Source: Chrysomallon squamiferum (lineage: Eukaryota > Animalia > Mollusca). Taken from it: a stretch of 64,000 nt of DNA. Below the pieces are notes generated by a model, which was given only the letters and a program-made list of their open reading frames with translations, was not told the origin of the DNA and did no database searches. Made by a program: the position numbers and the translations under genes. The stretch covers positions 5,084,001-5,148,000 of the forward strand of contig CM022674.1 of the NCBI GenBank assembly GCA_012295275.1, read 5' to 3'. Each line of letters opens with the position of its first letter. Within the stretch, counting starts at the first letter, position 1. Shown one piece after another: positions 14,764 to 29,994 of this stretch.

Positions 14764-15167
14764 ATGTAAATAGAATAGGATTACATTTATTTATGTCAAA
14801 TTTATTTATTTTTTCTCCATAAAATTTTTGTGATAATCTTTAAGGGTCACGGTGTGTTATTTAAAATTTTGATTTTGCCTATCTGAAACTGTTTTGTTTT
14901 CTCTCTAATTTCCACTGACACTCTCATAAATGACAGTTTTCATTATTTTGAATTGTCGTATGTTTTTATGTGAATGCCAACACATGTCATAAAGGTGGGA
15001 TAAGAAGGCCACTGCTACTGTGTAAACAGTCTGGCACTGTCACTGAAAAGATCAAATAAAAATTTTGTAATTGCAAGAAACTGTGCAGAAAATGTTTTGT
15101 TTAACCAGATGTAAGAGTTTTAGGAAACAACTCACTGGCAGGTTTGGGTTCTTTTTAAATTTAAATA

Positions 15168-15225
<58 letters not shown>

Positions 15226-16452
15226 ATTATTATTATTATTTTCTTTTTCCATTCAACAATTAAAGACTAGATGAAAGCAAAATTCTTTCAGAAATATATA
15301 ACACAATAAAATAAAAAGATGTACACATTGTTGCTTTCTTAATTATAAATAAATAAAATTAAAATATAAATATATATATAAATATTTAAAAATTTAAAAA
15401 TTGTAAAGTAACATTTCTGAGTCAAAAGGAATAAAATATTGAATATAAATATAGCCAAAGTTAAGTTTTGAATTGTTAGTTGTTTAAAACCTCTTTGATT
15501 TGACATTATTCACTGTTTTAAATGATCTTCAAATAACACTAGAGGATGGTAATTTGCATGTGGAAATTATTGATCATGTGTAACTGATCTGGTTCTTTGG
15601 CAAATGATGGTGTATTTGTGTTTTATAATCCAAGCCCGCGAATTTCACACAAGTGGCTCCATCTATGTCCTGTACATTTGGATTAAAAAAAAAAAAAAAA
15701 AAAAAAAGGGACACTTGTCAGGTGTGTGCTAACATCACATGATACCATTTCCAAAGAACTACTGAAATTTAAGACTTGATGATGGAGACAATAAATGAAT
15801 AATATAAGAGGAATTATTATATATATATATAAATTTTTTTTTTTTTTTTTTAAATTGGTGTGTGTGTGTGTGTGTTGTTGATGATTTTATATGCTATTAA
15901 AAGCAAACGCTTTCCATACCTCCATTTAACACATTTATCTTTAATTCGTAGTTTAAACAGGTAACATTAAAGGTGGTTCTGCCACATACAGAAGTTCAAA
16001 GTTTAATCAAAACACAACAACTACGATGAGAATGGGATTGCACTAAAAAGTTGCAATGGCCTATTTTCAGTAGGTCATATAGAAGAGTTATCCCAAAGGG
16101 AATTAATAAATAACAACTAAGGGAAGTAACACTATACAAGCGTCTTCAAATTTTTAAAGAAATATTGATCCAATAATGAAGGCGTAAGCGCAACGTGATG
16201 TGGAATACAGATCACAGCTAAATGTAGCCAACTCTCAACATATATACATGACCACTGAAGGCATACTTGAACAATTGTAAAGTGCTGTTCAACAGAGTGT
16301 GAAATAAAACCATCCTACATTAATGTTGTTTGTTTGTTTTTTTTTTTTTTTTTTTTTTTTTTTTTGTTGCTTAAATATCTGGAAGACGTTAATTATTTTA
16401 TGAGAAAATAGTTATCCTCCTTTTATAACTATGTTATGGCATAATCTATACA

Positions 16453-16500
<48 letters not shown>

Positions 16501-16719
16501 CATAATCATCATAATAACAACAACAACAATAATATATAATACTAATAATAATAGTAATAGTAGTAATATAAATAAATAAATCAAAATATAAATAACTAAA
16601 TTATTAAACCATTTGTGATCATGCTTACTAAATCAACACTTAAAAATATGAAAGCAACTTTACAGAGAAACAAACATTCGATGTAACTAACAGTATCGAA
16701 TATAATGTCTTTAAAGATT

Positions 16720-17096
16720 CGTATTTACCGCTTTCTTGGCTCTGACAGTTACTGCACCGTGACGTAACAATGCCGATCAACGTATATCCGCGGCAATGGA
16801 AACCGTCCTGCGAAAAATTAATTCCCGTGTTTGTTTATTTATTGTCTGTATGAAATTTCTGCCTTTTGTTTCGAAGCACTGTTGAGAAAGATCGGAACCT
16901 GAAGTATCTGATTTGGTTATCATTAGGTACGTCATATTTTTGTTGTTGTTGTTTTGTCTGATCTATTCTTAGTCTTATCACCCGAAAGAGCTTAAAAACT
17001 AATACTAATAAAATACACCGTTAAAATGTTTGACAAAATGTTTATTGTTTGTCAATTATTTAAAAAATCACTGTTTTCTAATTAATTACAAAGTTA

Positions 17097-17137
<41 letters not shown>

Positions 17138-17801
17138 TATTTAAACAAATGCATGGGAAAAAGTGTGACCATTTTCTGTTAGACTGGCAGTTAAATTAAT
17201 CATACATTTCTAAGAAAGAAAATAATAAAAAATAGTTTGAGGTAACATACCCGAAAATATGTATTAAAATGTAGGAAAACGCAATAATGATTTGTTTACA
17301 ATGTATACCCCAAATCATATGATTTTCCCCGCCTCGCAGAAGGTAGGAAAGAGTTCCCGCTCGATACGTTTTCTTATTAAGTCACTAAAATGTTTTATTG
17401 ACTTGAATGAGGCGTCTTTGTGAAGTCATTTTATTATCAATACCAATATCGCTAATTGTAGTTAACTGACAACGAAATTATTAATTTTATCTTATTTTTG
17501 ATAATTTTCACTTTTTTTTTTTCTGTAAGTAAGTCCTTTTAATTTATTTATTTATCTCATTATTTATTTTAATTAGTTTACATTATTTGTATCACCCATT
17601 CATTAAATTTCGATTTGTCTTCCTGACTAAAGGATGTCAGAAAAAAAAAAAAAAAATGTAAAAGAGAAAGACGGTGTAGTAGTAGCTGAAGTATTGATAG
17701 TGGCGATCATAAGAGTAGTAGTTGTGGTTGTGGTTGTAATACACTCTCGTGTATGAAAAAGCGCAAATAAAATTTAGTCAGTTTTTCACAACAACAACAA
17801 C

Positions 17802-17848
<47 letters not shown>

Positions 17849-17898
17849 TGATGATGATAATGATGATAATTATAATAATAATAATAGTAATAGTAGTA

Positions 17899-17947
<49 letters not shown>

Positions 17948-18870
17948 GTAAAATACATTTAAATTTTATTTCGAAATCACAATTTTACTTAAAAGAGCGA
18001 GCGCTAATATCTGTCTAAATAACAAAATGTTCTTGAAGACGAGCTAAAGACAAAAGAATTCGCATGGCATGCAGTGATTATTTGTATCTGTGCAGATATA
18101 AAGCGCATTGTCCAGGAGAGTTCTGAAACGGATAAAAGTCCCACCATCCCTTGCTCTCCCCGCTGAGAAATCGGCTCCAACTTTCTCCTAGGTCGACGAG
18201 TAATATTCGATTCAACTATCTCATTCTTTTGGTATTGATGTTCGCTTCCGAACACACACGAACTGGTAAATTCCACCGTCCGACAACGTCCGAAATTGGG
18301 CGAACAGCGGATTCGACCTTCGCTGACTTCCGGGTTAAACAAAATGGGCCAACAAAAAACAACCTGGAGATGAATTGTCTTGACATGCAACATGGAATTG
18401 GAGTGCAAATCTGCTTCAACCAATTACACTGTGTAAGTTCCGTGTATTTTAATCTTTGTTTTAGATATCTTTGTGTTTAAATGTTTCGGTAAGAAAGGTT
18501 TCCGATGATTATATAACCGCGTCGTGCGAACTTCAAGGCGCTATAAAAAGAAGCTAACAAATGAATACATGTGTATGTATATTCGTGATATAAGTTGTTC
18601 GATTTGATATTAAGTATACTCTTCGCCATCTGTTTCTTCTCAGAAAAGATGTATACACCTTGGAATCAATATTAATGGCGCTATCAAATGTTTATATGTT
18701 GCGAAACAAATCGAACTTTGAATTTATCAGAAAAATCATAGGCATTGTCACAAACGATTTTTACATTACCCATGGCGATCATAACGAGTTTTTTTTCCGC
18801 TTCTTCCATTCTTTTATAGTTATATTGCGAAAATTAAAAACCAAAAGTTGTGTAACCGTTAGTCGATAAC
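16720..18870 (+). promoter_or_regulatory. CpG-rich promoter region, probably of the zinc-finger gene
   Basis: CpG is sharply enriched over the flanks. Motifs: TGACGTAA (CRE-like, ~16760), TTCCCGC (E2F-like, 17354..17360), ACTTCCGG (ETS, 18326..18333). Splice donors AG|GTACGT (16926/7) and GT|GTAAGT (18432/3). Confidence 0.7.
18392..18432 (+). CDS. Probable first coding exon of the C2H2 zinc-finger gene (MELECKSASTNYTV)
   Basis: ATG in strong context CAACATGG; donor GTAAGT in phase 2, matching the phase-2 acceptor at 46741 (GT|G = Val, then EEIPESH...). Confidence 0.55.
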
Positions 18871-19279
18871 TGCTCTTCCAAAAAATATAAAATAATAGAA
18901 ATATGAATCATCTTCATCACTTATCTATTCAAAAAACAACAAGAGGTCAGCTTGCCCCAAACCCAATGCGCTCCATATAAAATCCGTCCCACAATTATTT
19001 GTTTATTTATTATATTAAAATCCAAATTATAAGTACTTTTGGATGAAATCTGACAGTGAGACTATTTCAATTTGACATCACTGAACTGTATAGGTATTTT
19101 TTTTTTTAAACAGTAGCAATATTTACTTTGAGTCGTACATCTGCATCTTCTGACCTCATAGTTTTCTGTTGTTGATGTTAGTTGATGTCTTTGGCTCAAC
19201 TACTTCTGTTACCAAACAGTATTTATAATTATTCAGTTGCTTTACATTTACTTTCTTCTTTTTCTAATTATTATTATCA

Positions 19280-19325
<46 letters not shown>

Positions 19326-20294
19326 CTTTTTATTTATTTTTATCTTTTTATTTATTTTTTTTATTTTTTTATATGCTTACAAGTTTTACTATGAACTTTT
19401 ATACTGAAACACTTCGAGCAAAATTAGAGTTTGCTAGCTATCCCCAAAGGTTGTTACAGTTCTATTTAAACTTCTTTAAATTATCTGTTGTAACCTAGTA
19501 ACAATTTTTTGTTATAATTTAATACTGTGAATTTTTTAATGTGTATTTTTTTTTTATCATTATAATTTTAAAATGTTGTATCTTTTCTTTATAACTTACT
19601 TTTGTTTTCTTTGTCTTGTATTTTTTATTTATTTATTTATTTTTTTAATGTAATTTTTCTGTTTTACTGGTTGGAAAAAACCCACAACAAACACACTAAT
19701 TGAAAACTGAACTAAGAAGCTAATGAAATACCTAGAGTTTTATTAATATATCAGATGTTTCCACAGTGTGTTCTCATTCATTATCGGTAATTTCTTTTAG
19801 TCCATTTTTTTATTGAGGATTTTAAATTTATTTACAGTAAATTAAGTTTAATTTTTAGATGAAAAATAAATTAATTTCAGTTTTTTAAAGTAAAATTATA
19901 TGATTTTAGGATATATATTTCAGCGAAACAGTTAATACATGAAGGTCCATGGCTTTAAACAAGTAACAAATAAAGTAATAATATAATTGTAATTATTATT
20001 ATTATTATTAAAAAGAAGAAAATGATAAAAACATGTAATCACCCTACCCAAATTCATTTTGTTTTTCATATCAAGACGGAATATATCTACTAATCATGTT
20101 AAAATCTGCACAGTGAACTTAATCCAGTATAAAAAAAACCTAAATCAGGGTCAGTTTTTGAAAATTGATTTGATTTTTCATCACTCCATCATGGTCTAAA
20201 AATAGTATTTTAAGTAAAATGACCAAAAGCAATGAATATTCAGAATGTCTTAAATTAGTTATATAGCATTGTTGTTTATCACTGGCATGCAGGT

Positions 20295-20560
20295 ATGTTA
20301 TTGAATTGTTCAGCGTTGGTATATAGATATGTTAATGAATTGTTCAGCATTGGTATACAGATATGTTAATGAATTGTTCAGCATTGGTATACAGATATGT
20401 TAATGAATTGTTCAGCATTGGTATACAGATATGTTAATGAATTGTTCAGCATTGGGATACAGATATGTTAATGAATTGTTCAGCATTGGTATACAGATTA
20501 TGTTAAGGAATTGTTCAGCATCAGCATATAGATCATGTTATGGAATTGTTCAGCATTAGT
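20295..20560. repeat. 34-bp minisatellite (GTTAATGAATTGTTCAGCATTGGTATACAGATAT), ~8 copies
   Basis: Units start at 20331, 20365, 20399, 20433 and 20467, with degenerate edge copies. Confidence 0.95.
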
Positions 20561-22269
20561 GTACATTAATGACATGTTGTTTAATAACATAATTCAAGTC
20601 TCATTCTATTTTGATTCTTTTTGACATCTAGCTTTTAAATTATTTTTAAATTGTTTACCTGTATTTTTATTAAAACTTTTGCTGGTCTAAATAATATTTC
20701 CAATTATATTCATACCAATATTGTTCAGTTTGAAAGTTCAGACAGTTTTTCATTATAATAAACTTATTGAATTTAAACTGAACCCCCCCAGAAAATAAAA
20801 GAAATAAAGGAAAATAAAAAAGCAGAAAAAATAGGGGACCCCCAAACAACAACAAACAACCCCCCCACAAAAAAAGAACTTAAAAAACATTTTGAAAGTT
20901 TACTTTGATCCTTAAATATTTCTAAATTTGATACACAATAAAATATATACTGTCTGGAAAATTTTGGTGGGGGGGTGAATAGAAATAGAGTGGGGGAAAT
21001 AATGTGGTTACCATTTCTCATAAAATAGCAGGTTAGAAAAACTCTTGAATCTCCATTTTAGAAATTAATGGGGTATCATCGAGGCCTTGTTGAGGTACCC
21101 TGGATTTATTGTTAAAACCAAGATTAAATTAGGAAACAGAATTGCTTTGAATGTTGACAATTTTCTTTGAAAAATATTTTTTTATAATTTATTAAAAAAA
21201 AATTATTATAATTATATGCTTGTAGTAATAAAGAATTACAATAGTTAGAGGTAATTAATCTGTATTTTGAAATATATTGATATATTGCATGTGTTTTGAA
21301 ATTCAAATTGTTATGGTTGTCAACGATTTTTATTTTTGAAATAGATTTTTTTTTTTTTTTTTTGTCAGATGGGATTATGTTGTAGCTATACGAGAAAAAA
21401 GTTTATATTTATTTCTGTGCTTTATCCCTTTTTAAAATTTCTTTTTAATACACTGTATTCACACTGATCTGTGTATGTGCGTAATTTTCACACACACACA
21501 CACTCACATTCTAAATTGTTAAAATTTGTAATTCCAAATTTAAAAAACAGCAAATTTGACTTTATTACTTAAAAGTGTTATCAGCAGAGAAAGAAAGTAA
21601 ATGTAACTTAGACACTTCTACAAACTACCTAATAAGATTCAAAATAGACACAAAGGGTGATAGTTATATTTTTTAAGGTTTTTTTCCTAAAATAACAATT
21701 CCCATTTTAATGTAGTTGACATCTGTTTAGAAAGTAGGTGATACAGTATAGACTTTCTAACATGTAATTCACTTTAGATTATATTTTTATTAAACAATAT
21801 AAATGGAAATGCCTAGTTATTTTTGTGAAGTAAACTGATAGAGAGCAGCATAATTTCAGTCTTTGTTTTATTTAGGTCATTTTTATGTTTAAAATCCTAG
21901 TATATTTTTCGTAAACCAAAATTCTTCTTTCATTTTTAAAACAGAAAACTGCTGAATATCAAACTTGTCCGCTTTATTTTTGTATTTCATGTGTTGATAT
22001 CTTACTCAGAAATTTTACAATCTTTTATTTTCAGCATTTTCTTCTACTTCTTCTTCTTTTTTTTTTTTTGTCTTTTTCTTTCTTTTTACTTTTTTAAAAC
22101 TTTTTTTCAACTAATTACAAAAAGGAAAAAAAATGTGGAAGATAGGAACTTTCTCTATTTTTTGTGAAACTAATCAATTCTTGAAAAAGATTGAGATGAG
22201 AAATAAAAAAAAAAAAAAAAAAAAAAAAAATGTTCTGCTGAAATTTTGTTTATGTGACAATCAATACTT

Positions 22270-22750
22270 TTGTCAGTGCCTGGCAGCAATTTTACTGGTT
22301 TGGTGCCTTAGATTATCAACATTTTTAGTGTCTTATATTTTATCTAATTGCGCCTGATAATTAACATATGGCTTTCGTGCCTAATCGTGCATGTTATTTT
22401 AATGCTTGATAACTGGTTTCGGTGTCTGATAATATACATGGTTCCATGGCATAATTAATCTACAGTTTCAGTGAGATGTAGATCATCAACTGTTTTAGTG
22501 CCCATTAACTGATGTACTATGATAATTTAATTACTGATTCCGAGCCAGGTAGCTGAAACTTGATAAAGAATTTGATTTTATTGTTGATAAATAGTTTACT
22601 GTTTAGAGCCTAATTATCTTTGGGTGCCTGATAATTAATCTGCTATTTTTATTGCCTTGTAATTGATCTACTTATATAGTGCCTTAACGTTAATACATTG
22701 TTTTAGTGCCTGATAAATGATGTATTAATAATCATTCGGTGCCTGATCAT
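22270..22750. repeat. Old degenerate ~27-bp tandem repeat with core GTGCCTGATAATTAA
   Basis: GTGCCT(G)ATA-like cores recur at roughly regular spacing. Confidence 0.6.
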
Positions 22751-23443
22751 TTCTGACAATTTTCTGCTACAGAGAGAGTATAAGAATGTTTGAAATATCA
22801 GAATGTTTTACTGTTAACCCTTCGTTACTGTGAATATTTTGTTAAGCATCGATTCGTCATGTGATCTGTACACAGTTCTAGAACGTATTGCGTAATTACG
22901 ACATTCGTGTTTTTGACAGTATTAAAATCTCACAGTTATGCTTAATAAACATGATTTTGTTAAATATAATCTCTGTTTTACTGAGAATAAATTTCACCAT
23001 GTTTCAAGTCTTTTTTTTTTTTTTTTTTTTTTTTGGCAATCATTTCTACTCAGGTAAGGTGTACAAATTTTTAGCTTTCTGTTAGATATCGTACAACACA
23101 AATGCTCACAACTATTTGTTTCTAGGTAGAGGTGATGTAAAATGTTGTTCAAGAAATAGAAATATCTTCTTTTTTTTCTTCTTTTTTTTTCATATTTAGT
23201 TGTATTTTTTATTAAAACTATGTCAGCTTTTCTTACAAATTAAGGTTTGAAATTGCTTTAAGTTCATAAATTATAGAGAATATTTGTAATCCAATTCGTT
23301 GGATGATTCCTGATGTTAAAATTCCTGTCTGTGACGTTGTGTAGGCCCTGGACTGCTAATAACAGGGCCAGTCTTGTTAAGAATAGGACAATGAATATTT
23401 CTATGAAATATGCCTCTTCAGATTTTGTTTGATTCTTGATTCT

Positions 23444-23474
<31 letters not shown>

Positions 23475-26199
23475 CAGCCTCTGGTTAGTTGTTAAAGTCT
23501 AAATTAATGTTGTTATTCTTTGCCTAGAATGGTGTATTGGAATTTTTAAATGGCCCCTTTAGATTGTAAAAGTGATTCATAAGTAAAAAAAATGAAAATA
23601 CCAGTGATTGTTACTCTTATCAGCCAAAATTTTGAAAACAAAAGAAAGCCTTTTGTGTCACTTTATGAAACTTTATTTAATTTTTTTTTTTTTTTCTGTC
23701 TGTTGAAGGGAGTCCATTTCATTAATCTTTACATTAATAGTGCTCAACCATATTTTGGCAGAAATATAATAATGTCAACAAAAAACAACAACAAAAAAAA
23801 AAAAGTCCTTAAAAAGAACTTGCATTTAAACGTAATCCAATTTAACCTTTTCACTTTTATATTTCATTTCATATATTGTATTTTAGGATTAACACATGCC
23901 GAACCAAACAAATAAAATAATTCTAACATGCCAGTTATTTTTTTATTTTATTTAATTTTTTTTTTTTTACCTAGGTATTAAAAATTAGTGCTAATTTTTT
24001 TTTTTTAAACTGGGTAGAATAATAGCACATAAAAGTGTGCTGGCATAAAAAAAAAAAAAAAAAAAATTTTAAATTTAAAAAAATAAAAATTGTTCAAAAT
24101 ATAGAAATATTTAAAAAAAAAAAAAAGAAAAAAAAAAAGAAACATAAAGGAATAATTATTAAAAAAAATGAAGTTGTTTTTACTTCTTGTACAATAACGT
24201 TGAAGATCTGTTAAAATTCATCTTCTGCCATTGCGTACATGGTGAAATTTCATACCTACATGCCATTTAGTACACTTGTTATTTTCCTTTATGTTAATAA
24301 TATATCGATTTGAAACTTATATACATCATGATAAAAGTTGCAGCACAGAACAGTAAAACACCACGAACCTATGGTTTTAAGTGAATGTTTTGATTGATCA
24401 TAGAATTCAGGTTTGGCCATTTTGTTTATTTGTTTTTTGTTTTTATTTTTTTAATTTTTTTTTTATTTATGTAAAGGGAAAAAATACATATATACATATA
24501 TATACATACATAAATAAATAAACAAGTAAATAGAAATAGAGTTTTAGATTTGACTATATATTTTGTTATTACTCATAAACTAATAGTTGATTTTTTTTTT
24601 TTTTTTTGCAAAGAATTAATGAAAAAAGTTTTGGTTTAAATGGTGATTGTGAAAATAGATATTTATTATATCTCTGCAGGTGCATATGGTTTTTTTTTTT
24701 TTTTTTTTTTTAAATTTTAATTTTGAATTTTTGAATTTTCTGTTACAAAATTAACATTTTCCTGTGATACTGTGATCTATAACAGTTATTTGATCAGCTT
24801 CAGTATTGCTTCTATTTTATCTAATGTAAAATTTTAATTTTTACAAAATATTAAAAGAAAAATAATAAAAAAATAATATATTACTAAATTTTAAATTACA
24901 TTTGATTAGTATTTTTCTTATCATTTTTAATTTATGTTTTGAAAAATTACTGTTTATGAATTTTTGTTTTTATTGTAATTTTATCATTTGAAATTTTATT
25001 TTATGATTGTTACCATTATTTATTAATTCTCTCTCTTATTTTTTTTAATTAAAAAAAAAAATACTGTTTTTCTAATTTAAATTTGGTTCTTTTTTGTAAG
25101 TTTGTGATTTTCAGCCATAAACTAACTTTTGAAATATGCATTATTTTGAGAAAATGGAAATTGATATATTTGCATTAACAAGTATATTTGGGTATCTTAC
25201 AATCAGTCAACAAATTTGACATTTGTGTGTGTGTACATCTATATATACAAACCGCAGTGAGAATTTAAGTATGTATTTAAGGATTTATAACTTCAGATTT
25301 TTAAATTTTAAATTATAAATTTAAAATTGAAAATGAATTCTAAAGATCTTTAGAAATAAACATTACATGTTACTAAAACAACAATAACTAGTTAACAATA
25401 TGTGTGTGTGTGTGTGCATGTGCATGTGCATGTGCATGTGCGTGTGTGTGTGTGTGTTTGAATAGATGGAGATATATAAATGACTCTCCTTTACTATCAG
25501 ACCTTCTAGAATAGTTTTTTAATATTAATTAGCACCAATCCTTCATTCGTTTCCAAGGCAATTCATCAAAAAAAAAAAAAAAAAAAAAAAATGTTTTAAT
25601 TGATTGAATTTACTAAATTTTAAGACATTTGAAATTAATAATAAATATAATATCAGCTGTTTTGTTATTGTGACTCAAAATAAAGATGGCTATTTGTGAT
25701 AACAGAATTACAGTTTTTGTAAACAAACAAAAAAAAACAAAAAAAAAACAGTAGAAAAAAAAATGTTATCCAAACAAAGATTACATAATCTTATTTCTGT
25801 AAATTTTATTCTTTTTCATTCTCATTTTTTATTTTTTATTTTTTTTTTTATGCTGATATTCATAACCTTATAAAAAAAATATAAAAAGATTTTTTTTTTA
25901 TTATTATTATTACAAATACATAAAATTAAAAAAACTGGAGGCAGTAAAGATCATGTTCAGTTTAGAACAGGCTGTAGCTGAGGATTTGTTTGTCCCTGTT
26001 TGTCTGTTTTTCCTGTGTTTCTTATCTTTCCCTTTGTTCTTAAGTCTCTTGTCTGTATTTTGCATCTGCCTGTGCATGTCTGTTCACCAATCAGTCCATC
26101 TGCATTGTCTGTATATGTGTCTGTCACGTCTTTCTGTATGGTTTGCCAGTCTGTCTATCTGTCTGTCCATATAGACTGTATATAAAACACACACATACG

Positions 26200-26234
<35 letters not shown>

Positions 26235-26512
26235 TCATAGATAAATATATATACAATGCATTTACACATATATACACAAGTATGTATATAAAACAGGTAT
26301 ATTTATAATCTAGGTTAGAATGCATATTGTGTGCATACACACATACACACATACCCACACAGACAACATACATATATTTTTTACTTGTTTTCTATCCATT
26401 ATCCTTTGTCCTCAGAATGTGTGTGTCTGTGTGTATGTGTGATGTTTTTTTTTTTTTATAAGTTATTCATATTTTCAAGTGGTATAGGTATGATAGATAA
26501 CTATAATAATTC

Positions 26513-26572
<60 letters not shown>

Positions 26573-28034
26573 TATGTGTGTAAAATATTTACTTAGATTT
26601 AATGCCTGAACATTAAATTCATTCAGATAAAAACCTGAGAATTAAAATGATACACATGAATTAAAAATACAATCAGGTAGCACGCAGGTAATAAAAATGA
26701 ACAGGTAAAACTCAGGTACTTGGTTTCTATAATAAAATTTTGAGATAATTAATATGTGTATTATAAACACACATGAGGATTGCTTGCAATATTAATTTCA
26801 TGTGTTAAGAAAAAGTTTTAAGTGTTCAAAAAAAAAATGTCCTTAACTACATGAAAAGGTTTTAATTATACATGATAATGGATGTACATGTTAGAATACA
26901 TTTTTCAAATGTTAACAGGATTTAAAAATACGTTGGTGTTTAACTAGGTATTTGAAGCATGTCCAGGAAATCTGTCTTTGTGTGCATTTCACTGTTATTG
27001 TTTAAATTTAGAAAATGTCATAGGTGTTCAGGCTCACTGAGATATTTAACAGGTGTTAGTACATATGCAAGCAATAATCAGATATTGAAACAATAAAAAA
27101 AAAAAAAAATAATAATAATTTACATATCTTTTTTATAATTGCATATCAAAAACAAATATATAATAATAACTCAGGTGTAAAGACCTATGTATGTTTTGAA
27201 ATGAAACTAAAGAATAGGAATAAAATGCATGTGTGTATATATATACGATCCACCCTTGATTTTAATGTGTACAGTATCATGTGGATGTAACAGATATTAC
27301 TTATTGTTGTATGTGTGTATATAGGTATGTGTATGTATGCATGTGTCTTTCTTTACACAGATATTCATTGATACATCTAACAACTATTCATGTGTATTAG
27401 GATATGGATGACGTATATATCAAAATAATGCTAATTTGTCAGTTCGTATCTCCCTCCATTTAAATATATATAGATTGTTTCCTGGAAAAATATAACTATT
27501 AGATACATCTATGTTAATATGTATACAGTTATTCTTGCACAGTTCAAAGGGTTTGAAAGTATTAAAGATTTAAAACAAAACATTTTTAAATCTAAGAGAA
27601 TAAACATAATTAAGTTTTGGAAAATTAATATGGAAAAGAAATAACAAAACAAAACAAAACTATGCAAATCAAAAATTTAGATATAATATGTAAATAATTA
27701 GCAAAATTTAAAATAGAAATTAAAAAAAACAAACAATAAAAACAACTTACTTCAATCTAAAATAACCATTCATGATTATTAATTTTGATTTTTTAAATTT
27801 TTTTAATTTTAATTTATTTTTAATTTTTTTTTTTTTTTTTATTTATTGTTGTTATTGTTTTTTTTTCTTTTAAACATGAATGCTGGTGTGTATGTTTTAA
27901 AACTAAACCATTAGAAAATAATTTAATACCTTTGAAGTTAGATTAGCTTTTTTTAATAGTTCTAGTTTAATAGAATGGAAATAGTTTTGTTAATTGTATT
28001 ATTTATTTATGTAATTTGGACCATGAACATAGCT

Positions 28035-28086
<52 letters not shown>

Positions 28087-28461
28087 AATAAGTTTTATGT
28101 GGTTTATGTAAACTAAGTTGAATTCAGGTCATCTTCACCTGTCCAGATGCATTACCACCATTTTGAAAACCTACAAACCTAATAAAACAAAAAACTGAAA
28201 TTTGTCAGAAAGGAATAAAAAAACAAACACAAAAAAAACAACCCAGAAAGAACACAACAAAAATTTGTTTTTACACTCAGTTACAATTTAGAATTGCAAA
28301 ATAATAAAAGTATGGAATATGATGTTAGATATAAATATATAAATATTTTGTTATGCTTTTATTTTTTTTATTTTTTTGTTACACATATTTCATATTCATT
28401 CAAAAATATGATTTTTTTTATATAAATATATTACACACACACACACACACATACAAAGACA

Positions 28462-28492
<31 letters not shown>

Positions 28493-28842
28493 CACACACA
28501 CAAAGACACAAACATATATACATACACAAAGACCACAAACAAACGTGCACCAGAAACAAAGAAAATGTTTGAAACAAATTGTGTCCTCGTAAGGCATTTA
28601 AACGATGGGGCTGTCAAAAACATCCACCCAGTGGGCTTGAATGGGTGTGTGTGTGTGTGTGTGATTTATAAATGCAGGGGAATGGTAGGCATTTCACTGA
28701 TAGAACACATGTAACAGAATGTGTGCATTAAAAAAATACACGTATTAAAATTTAAATTCCCTGTCTAGCTTTCTTTTTTTTTCAGTTTCTGAGTTTTGTA
28801 GAAATGGTTCTGTATCTCTCTTTCCATCAGCTGTTGCTGTTG

Positions 28843-28897
<55 letters not shown>

Positions 28898-29958
28898 ATC
28901 ATTGCTGATTCATATTCAGCAAACAAGCAGGCTTGACCATCAAAGTTTAAAAAAATGCAAAACACATCATTATTATTTTTTAATTTCCATTCCATCGTTC
29001 AGGATTAAAACAAATTTATTACCTGCTTGTGGGTTTTATTGCTCTTATACAGCTGTAAATATTTAATCATACTTACCAGTATTCTACTATTCATGTCTGA
29101 TATGAAAGGTATGGGTAATAGATATGTTAGAGTGTGTGTGTGTGTGTGTAATTGAATTTCTGTATGTGTGTACACATCATTTGGTACAAGAAGAAAAATT
29201 AGAATATAGGAAAGTAACACTTTACTTTTTATTTATTTATTTATTTATTTATTAATTTCTGATATTTGTGTAGCGTTCTGTCATTTTTCCCATCTTTCAG
29301 TAAACCAGCAATTTAAAGAGGAAAAAAAAAAATTAAACAGATTACATTATAAAATTCTGACAACAACAAAAAAAATATATATTCTTGTTTTTGCTAACCA
29401 CAATATGTCGAAAATTTGCATTTTATTTTCAGTTTTAATGTATTAACTAGCGAGTGGTTTAAATTAAATGTTAAAAAGATTAAAACAAAATAAAAGTTTT
29501 TTTTTTTTAATTCGTAATTGAAATAGTTAAGGGACAAAGAAAGACAGATTCGGTATCAAATATCAGCTTAACTTGTCAGTAACTTTTGTTTTACTATTTT
29601 AAATATTTTGATTTCTTTTCTTTCTTTTTTTTCAATTTCATCTCTTCTATTTTCATTTTTATTCTTTTCTTTCCATCATCTTTTGTCTTTATTTTATTCG
29701 TATTATCATTTTTATTGCTCTGTTATTGTTGTTACCATTATTCCTATTACTGTTGTTACTATTAATATTATTATTATTGTTACCATTGCCATTATTAGAC
29801 ATTATTCTTTTTTTTATCTTTATTTATCAATTATATTATTACTATATACTGTTTTCATCATCATCTTCACTATTACTGTTGTTGCTACTAGTGTACTGTC
29901 TTAGTTCTTTTGTTACTAACATTGTTACTAGTACCAGTTACCAGAGCTATTCCCACGG

Positions 29959-29994
<36 letters not shown>

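Noticed and set aside
20295-20560. 34-bp repeats of CRISPR-like length
   Set aside because: Head-to-tail with no unique spacers, no cas genes, and a eukaryotic intron context. The same applies to the arrays at 12925, 56480 and 63770.
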